64,000 nt of DNA. It comes from Octopus sinensis (Eukaryota). Location: the NCBI RefSeq assembly GCF_006345805.1, contig NC_042997.1, positions 92,132,001-92,196,000 of the forward strand. The letters are read 5' to 3'. The notes under the pieces were generated by a model. That model made no database searches and was not told the DNA's origin. It saw only the letters and a program-made list of their open reading frames with translations. The translations under genes were made by a program, and so were the position numbers. This document shows positions 1 to 64,000 of the stretch, in pieces (positions within the stretch are counted from its first letter, which is position 1; each line of letters opens with the position of its first letter).

Positions 1-3000
1 AGAGCTGCAAATGGATTTTCCTTTTTATTTATTTAGAGCAGGTTATTTTAAACAATTGACATTGTGAAGTATAAATACAAAGAGATATCATTAAAACTTT
101 TTTCTTTTTATTTGCTACCAATAGAGGGCTTAATTTTCAGCTGTCATAATTATTTTCCAGTTTGGTCAAAATGAAAAATGTTACCAATTAACAATTATTT
201 CCAAACAGAGAGAAAAACATTTCTCATGAAATTCTTAAAAAGACACGACTATTTCCCAGATGATACATTTGTAATGGACAGAGTACTAAATAACACTCAA
301 TAATAATGCTTCACAATAAAAACTGTAAAATAAAAATAAACTTATAAAAGTATTACAAAAAAAAATCATGAGACTAGAATACATAGACTCATTTTATACT
401 TTTCTCAATCAAGTGTTAACAGAGGTTAAAAAAACCCCAGAGAATATTGATTTCTTTGGACTAAGCACCAAAATCTTATGTTTTGGGAAAGAGAAGAAAT
501 GAGAAGTTGCGACATGTATGTCTTTCTGAAGACTATTAGTAGTGTAAATGAAAGGAAAGAAAATCCAATCAGGAACTGAAACTGGAATGTGGTTCCAGAT
601 CACTGGTAGTTTACTTCTTGCTTTACAAAACTCATACCTCTCAGAAAGATTTTTCCAACTTGTAACATTTGAGATAAATATTTAACAATAGAAATAAAGA
701 CACAAGTGAACAGTTACTGTATGCCATAATGATGAGATCAAGAGTCTACTGAAACTTGAAATTGCATGTTAACAAATTACAGAGTAAAAGGGAGAGAGGA
801 GTGATAAAAGAGGAGGAATGGTGTAATGCCTGCAAAGTACACTAACACTTAATATGTACTTTATATATACATTTTTTTTCAAATAGAATAAAAGCAGGCA
901 TATTTAAGAGGGAATGCAAGTTGACATAACAGAGTAACAGTCATACTAAATAAAAACAATATTGGCATTTAGACTTTTCCTTTATCTTTTTGTTTTTGGC
1001 ATAACACGATGAGACAGCAATGTCAGTCTTCAAGTAGTCTTATATGAAGGACATTTTGTATGATGATATTTTTGATAATTTGGAAGAAGGAAAAAAAAAT
1101 GATTGGTAAATTAAAAAAATATGATAAAGAGAAGTGAAAGTTAGAAATGCTAAGAATGTTATTTGGTTCATAAGAAAGCAAAGTTTTTAAAATCAATATT
1201 AAAATAATTTTAATTTGGTTGGTATCATCAATTAAGAAAAAATACATTGAGCTACCTCAACCAAATGAAATAACATCCTTTTTGATTGTGCCCATAAATA
1301 AACACATTCTAGACTACAGCTAGAGAAAAGATATCTGATAGGCAAGTCTACTCTTACTAACACCCACAACCACTTGCTTAATCAGCAAGTTCTATTCTCC
1401 TTCAGCACAATAGCTTTGTGTCAAATATGCATAATGAACATAAAATTTCTTCCTCTTGTCACCCAATCTCTGCACTATAAACACTTTACCAAATCCTATC
1501 TCTTATGAACTACTTCTTTCTGGAACTTCCTCATTGCCCATGTTTACTCTCCAGCTAATTAAAAAACAAAACAACAAACAAAAAAAAAAAACTGTACAAA
1601 CTTTCTCCACAGTTTAGGGAAGTATTCTTTCTTCTTAAAAAATGAAAACTACAAAAATTTTAATGGCAAAGTTTTCATTTCCTAATCAGTGGGAGTAATT
1701 CTATTATATTGCCATGGATGTTAGAATATATTCTACAAATTTTAAAGCCCTTAGTGCCAACATTAAAATATAGGAACTTTAAATTCATCTAATATGATAG
1801 ACAATACCAAAGCCTGGGTTTGGAAATAGAGAATTTGGAAACGCTCAAAAATTGTGATAACTGTTTATATCATTGTTTGATAAAAACCACATGTTCTTTG
1901 GAAGAATTTTAATATTAATATGAATGCCTTTAAATGACTCAGATTTTGGTATACAGCTCTCACCCCACCAACAAAACACAGACATATTTAGTTTCCTAAT
2001 AAGTAAAACAGCATTTTTTATATATAAGAAATGTAAGAAAATCCAGACAAAATATGAATTTATATATTTCCTAAAAGATGTTTTGGGGGTTAAAAACTGA
2101 CAAAAGATATACTAAGAAACAAATTAATTTTTTTTATACCAAATGCAATTTTATAAAGATATAAAAAATTATATATACTTAATTGCCTTAGTAAAATATT
2201 TTTGTAAATATTTAAAATAATTTTATAAATATTTTACTATGGCAATTGATTACATTTAATTTTTTTGTTACAAATTTTTACAGTGCAGTTTTATAAAAAT
2301 GTAAGGCAACTTAAACTGCAATTGCATAAAAGCATTAGTGTGAAATATCCCAGCCATTATTTATATAAAAATCATTTTGACTGAATAAAAAGGCTACATG
2401 GTAAATTATACATAGAAAAGAGATAACTGCAATGAAAAATAATGATTTCTAACACAGGCATAAGACTAGACATTTTAAGAGAGAGGAGGGTAGTCAATTA
2501 AATTGACTTTAGTACTTAAAATGGTACTTTTTTTTTCAGCTTTTTGGAAAGATGAAAGACAAAGCTGACCACTGCAGAATTTAAATTTAGTGGGGAAAAT
2601 ATCATAATAAAAGTTGTAAGAAAAAAATGTAAAAAATTTAGTTAATAATATAAAAATGACTTAAGGAAAATTTTCTATTTTCATTTTGTGGTAAGAAAAA
2701 ATATTAAAATTGAAATATTAATTTTGAAATAAAACTTGAATGGAAAAATAAAATATTGGTAATATTATGTAAATATTTACTTAAAAAAAACAATTTTAGC
2801 AAAATATTTAAATCATTTTTTAACTAAAATTAGAGTAAATTCATTGAAACTGAGATAATTTGATGAAGCATTCACATATGAAAGACAGAATTGGTATAAA
2901 GCCAAGTAACATACTAGAAACAAGAAATACAATAATAGTTGAAAATAGCAGAAATAATTGATATAATTATTGCTATATACATAAGGTCATTAAAAATTGA

Positions 3001-3382
3001 CTACAGATTTATTGTAGCAATTTCCATTTTAAAATTTTAATCTCATGATAAATAAATATATTTTCTTTTTATTTTTTGGTCAAGTACATGCTTAAAATAA
3101 GTTTTCAACTTTACAAGAACAAAAGTAATAATAAAGTTTAAAGTGAAATCACACACCCTACATAATCAGTAATAACTGAAAAATTATTTGTAAAAATTAT
3201 TTGTAATTGTAAATTATATGTAAATCTGTTTAAAAATTAAATAGATTTACATATTAAAAAACCTTCCTTTTACCATAAAGCAAATAGACAGAATGAACAT
3301 ATTTCTATATCAAATGATTGAATTCTTAATTAAAATTGTCAAATCAGTTGTTTAATTTTGCATAGTATGTTAAGCCATGAGA

Positions 3383-3388
3383 TTTATT
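3383..3388 (-). promoter_or_regulatory. Candidate poly(A) signal AATAAA of the integrin gene (others at 3068-3073 and 3008-3013)
   Basis: TTTATT on the + strand about 230 nt past the stop; the region is AT-rich, so chance matches are likely. Confidence 0.3.
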
Positions 3389-3617
3389 TACAAATTGAAG
3401 CTATAGTGTAGATGTCCTTAAACTTTTGACAATCTGATGGCTGTTGGATTCGATGCATAATCTACAATAGTTATTTACAAAACAAACATATTTGCATCAT
3501 GTTTTCAGCATACAATCTGAAAATCTCACATGATCAAAGAGATGATATATCCAAGAAGTTGAACAGCTTCTTTAACAAGAAAACAAGAGATAATTCCAGA
3601 ATTTTTAGTTTGTCTGC

Positions 3618-62915
<59,298 letters not shown>

Positions 62916-63864
62916 CCTAGTAAAGAAATAAAAAATACAGTTATAATCTTCCTGAAATAAAGTATTAAATTATCAAACATAATCTAAAAGCAAATGGAAA
63001 ACCTATGGAGAAACAGGAGGTTTTACTTTAATTCTCTCATATAATTATAGGATCATTAGTAAGGCATAATTGACTTTAAACCTATGCCAAAAACTGATTT
63101 AACATTTTATTAATGATTAAAACAATAAAATCAAACAAGACAATTGTAAATATTACATATATTGTAATATAAATGTTCACAGCTTTATAATGTCATGTTC
63201 TCACAGTGATTGCAAAGCATACAAAGAAACACAAATCTATAATAAATTTATAAACTGGTTTTATTACTTTAATAACAAAACAATGATCATGAGAAAAAAA
63301 AAAGGTACGAATGTCCTATGAATAAATTAGCTAGTTAAGACTTGATATCACAGTAGTATTGATGTTGATAATTGCTAAGGTTAAATTATTGGCCTAAATT
63401 TAGTTTATCAGAAGAAAATCTATGAACATCTGGTTATTTAAGTATGTATTAACCTATTTATGTGACTTTCCTTTTCCATTCCTCAAATTAAACAGACAAA
63501 TGCTCACAATATTTTTAAAGATATGACACTCCTTTGGAACCACACTTCACTTAAATCAGTTCATAAGCAAAATGATAAAAAGTGGATGTCTTTAGTTTAA
63601 TATTGAGAAGATTCTAACAGCTGTTTGCATCTTCTAAAAGCTAGGCATTTAGTGAGAAATATATATATATGTATTGCATGCAGCTCTCTAAAAGTCTTCT
63701 TAAAAAATATAAAAAAATTGTGCAATTACACTAGATAGTGACACTTAACAATAGCAAAAAAATAAACATTATTCATTCTAAACAAAAGGTAAGAATGGTA
63801 CAATTCATACCACAACAATATCTATGTTCAAAAGTCCAAAGATGTTACTATGGATCATCTTATT

Positions 63865-63889
63865 TATATATGTATATATAAATATAATG

Positions 63890-63979
<90 letters not shown>

Positions 63980-64000
63980 TGTATGTATGTATATATGTAT
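63865..64000. repeat. (TA)n/(TATG)n microsatellite running off the window end
   Basis: Direct reading. Confidence 0.97.

Noticed and set aside
409-1247. Short ORFs 409..603 and 1023..1247
   Set aside because: AT-rich low-complexity translations with no recognisable domain or convincing splice context.

Overview
AT-rich, repeat-dense animal genomic DNA. The SINE/RTE families and the dense TA/CA microsatellites resemble those of an octopod cephalopod (inference, not verified). One protein-coding gene spans almost the whole window on the minus strand: an integrin beta subunit (beta1/betaPS type). I reconstructed it by hand as 22 coding exons from ATG 62915 to TAA 3618. All introns are GT-AG and all phases are compatible, giving 2343 nt = 780 aa plus stop. 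The protein has a signal peptide, PSI, beta-I ([29 protein letters not shown]), hybrid, four I-EGF, beta-tail, TM and an NPIY/NPQY tail, with all 56 canonical extracellular cysteines. The introns hold mariner, maT-like, pogo/Tigger, piggyBac-type MITE, Helitron, RTE, CR1/Jockey-like and Tx1-like relics, tRNA-derived SINEs and microsatellites. The most notable oddities are: two composite Helitrons with shared double 5' ends but different cargo, lying in inverted orientation around the ectodomain exons; a degenerate hammerhead-ribozyme-like fold in intron 11; a 1.66-kb TIR element with unexplained cargo; perfect hairpins; and an atypical integrin cytoplasmic tail. I found no clearly new multi-gene system.
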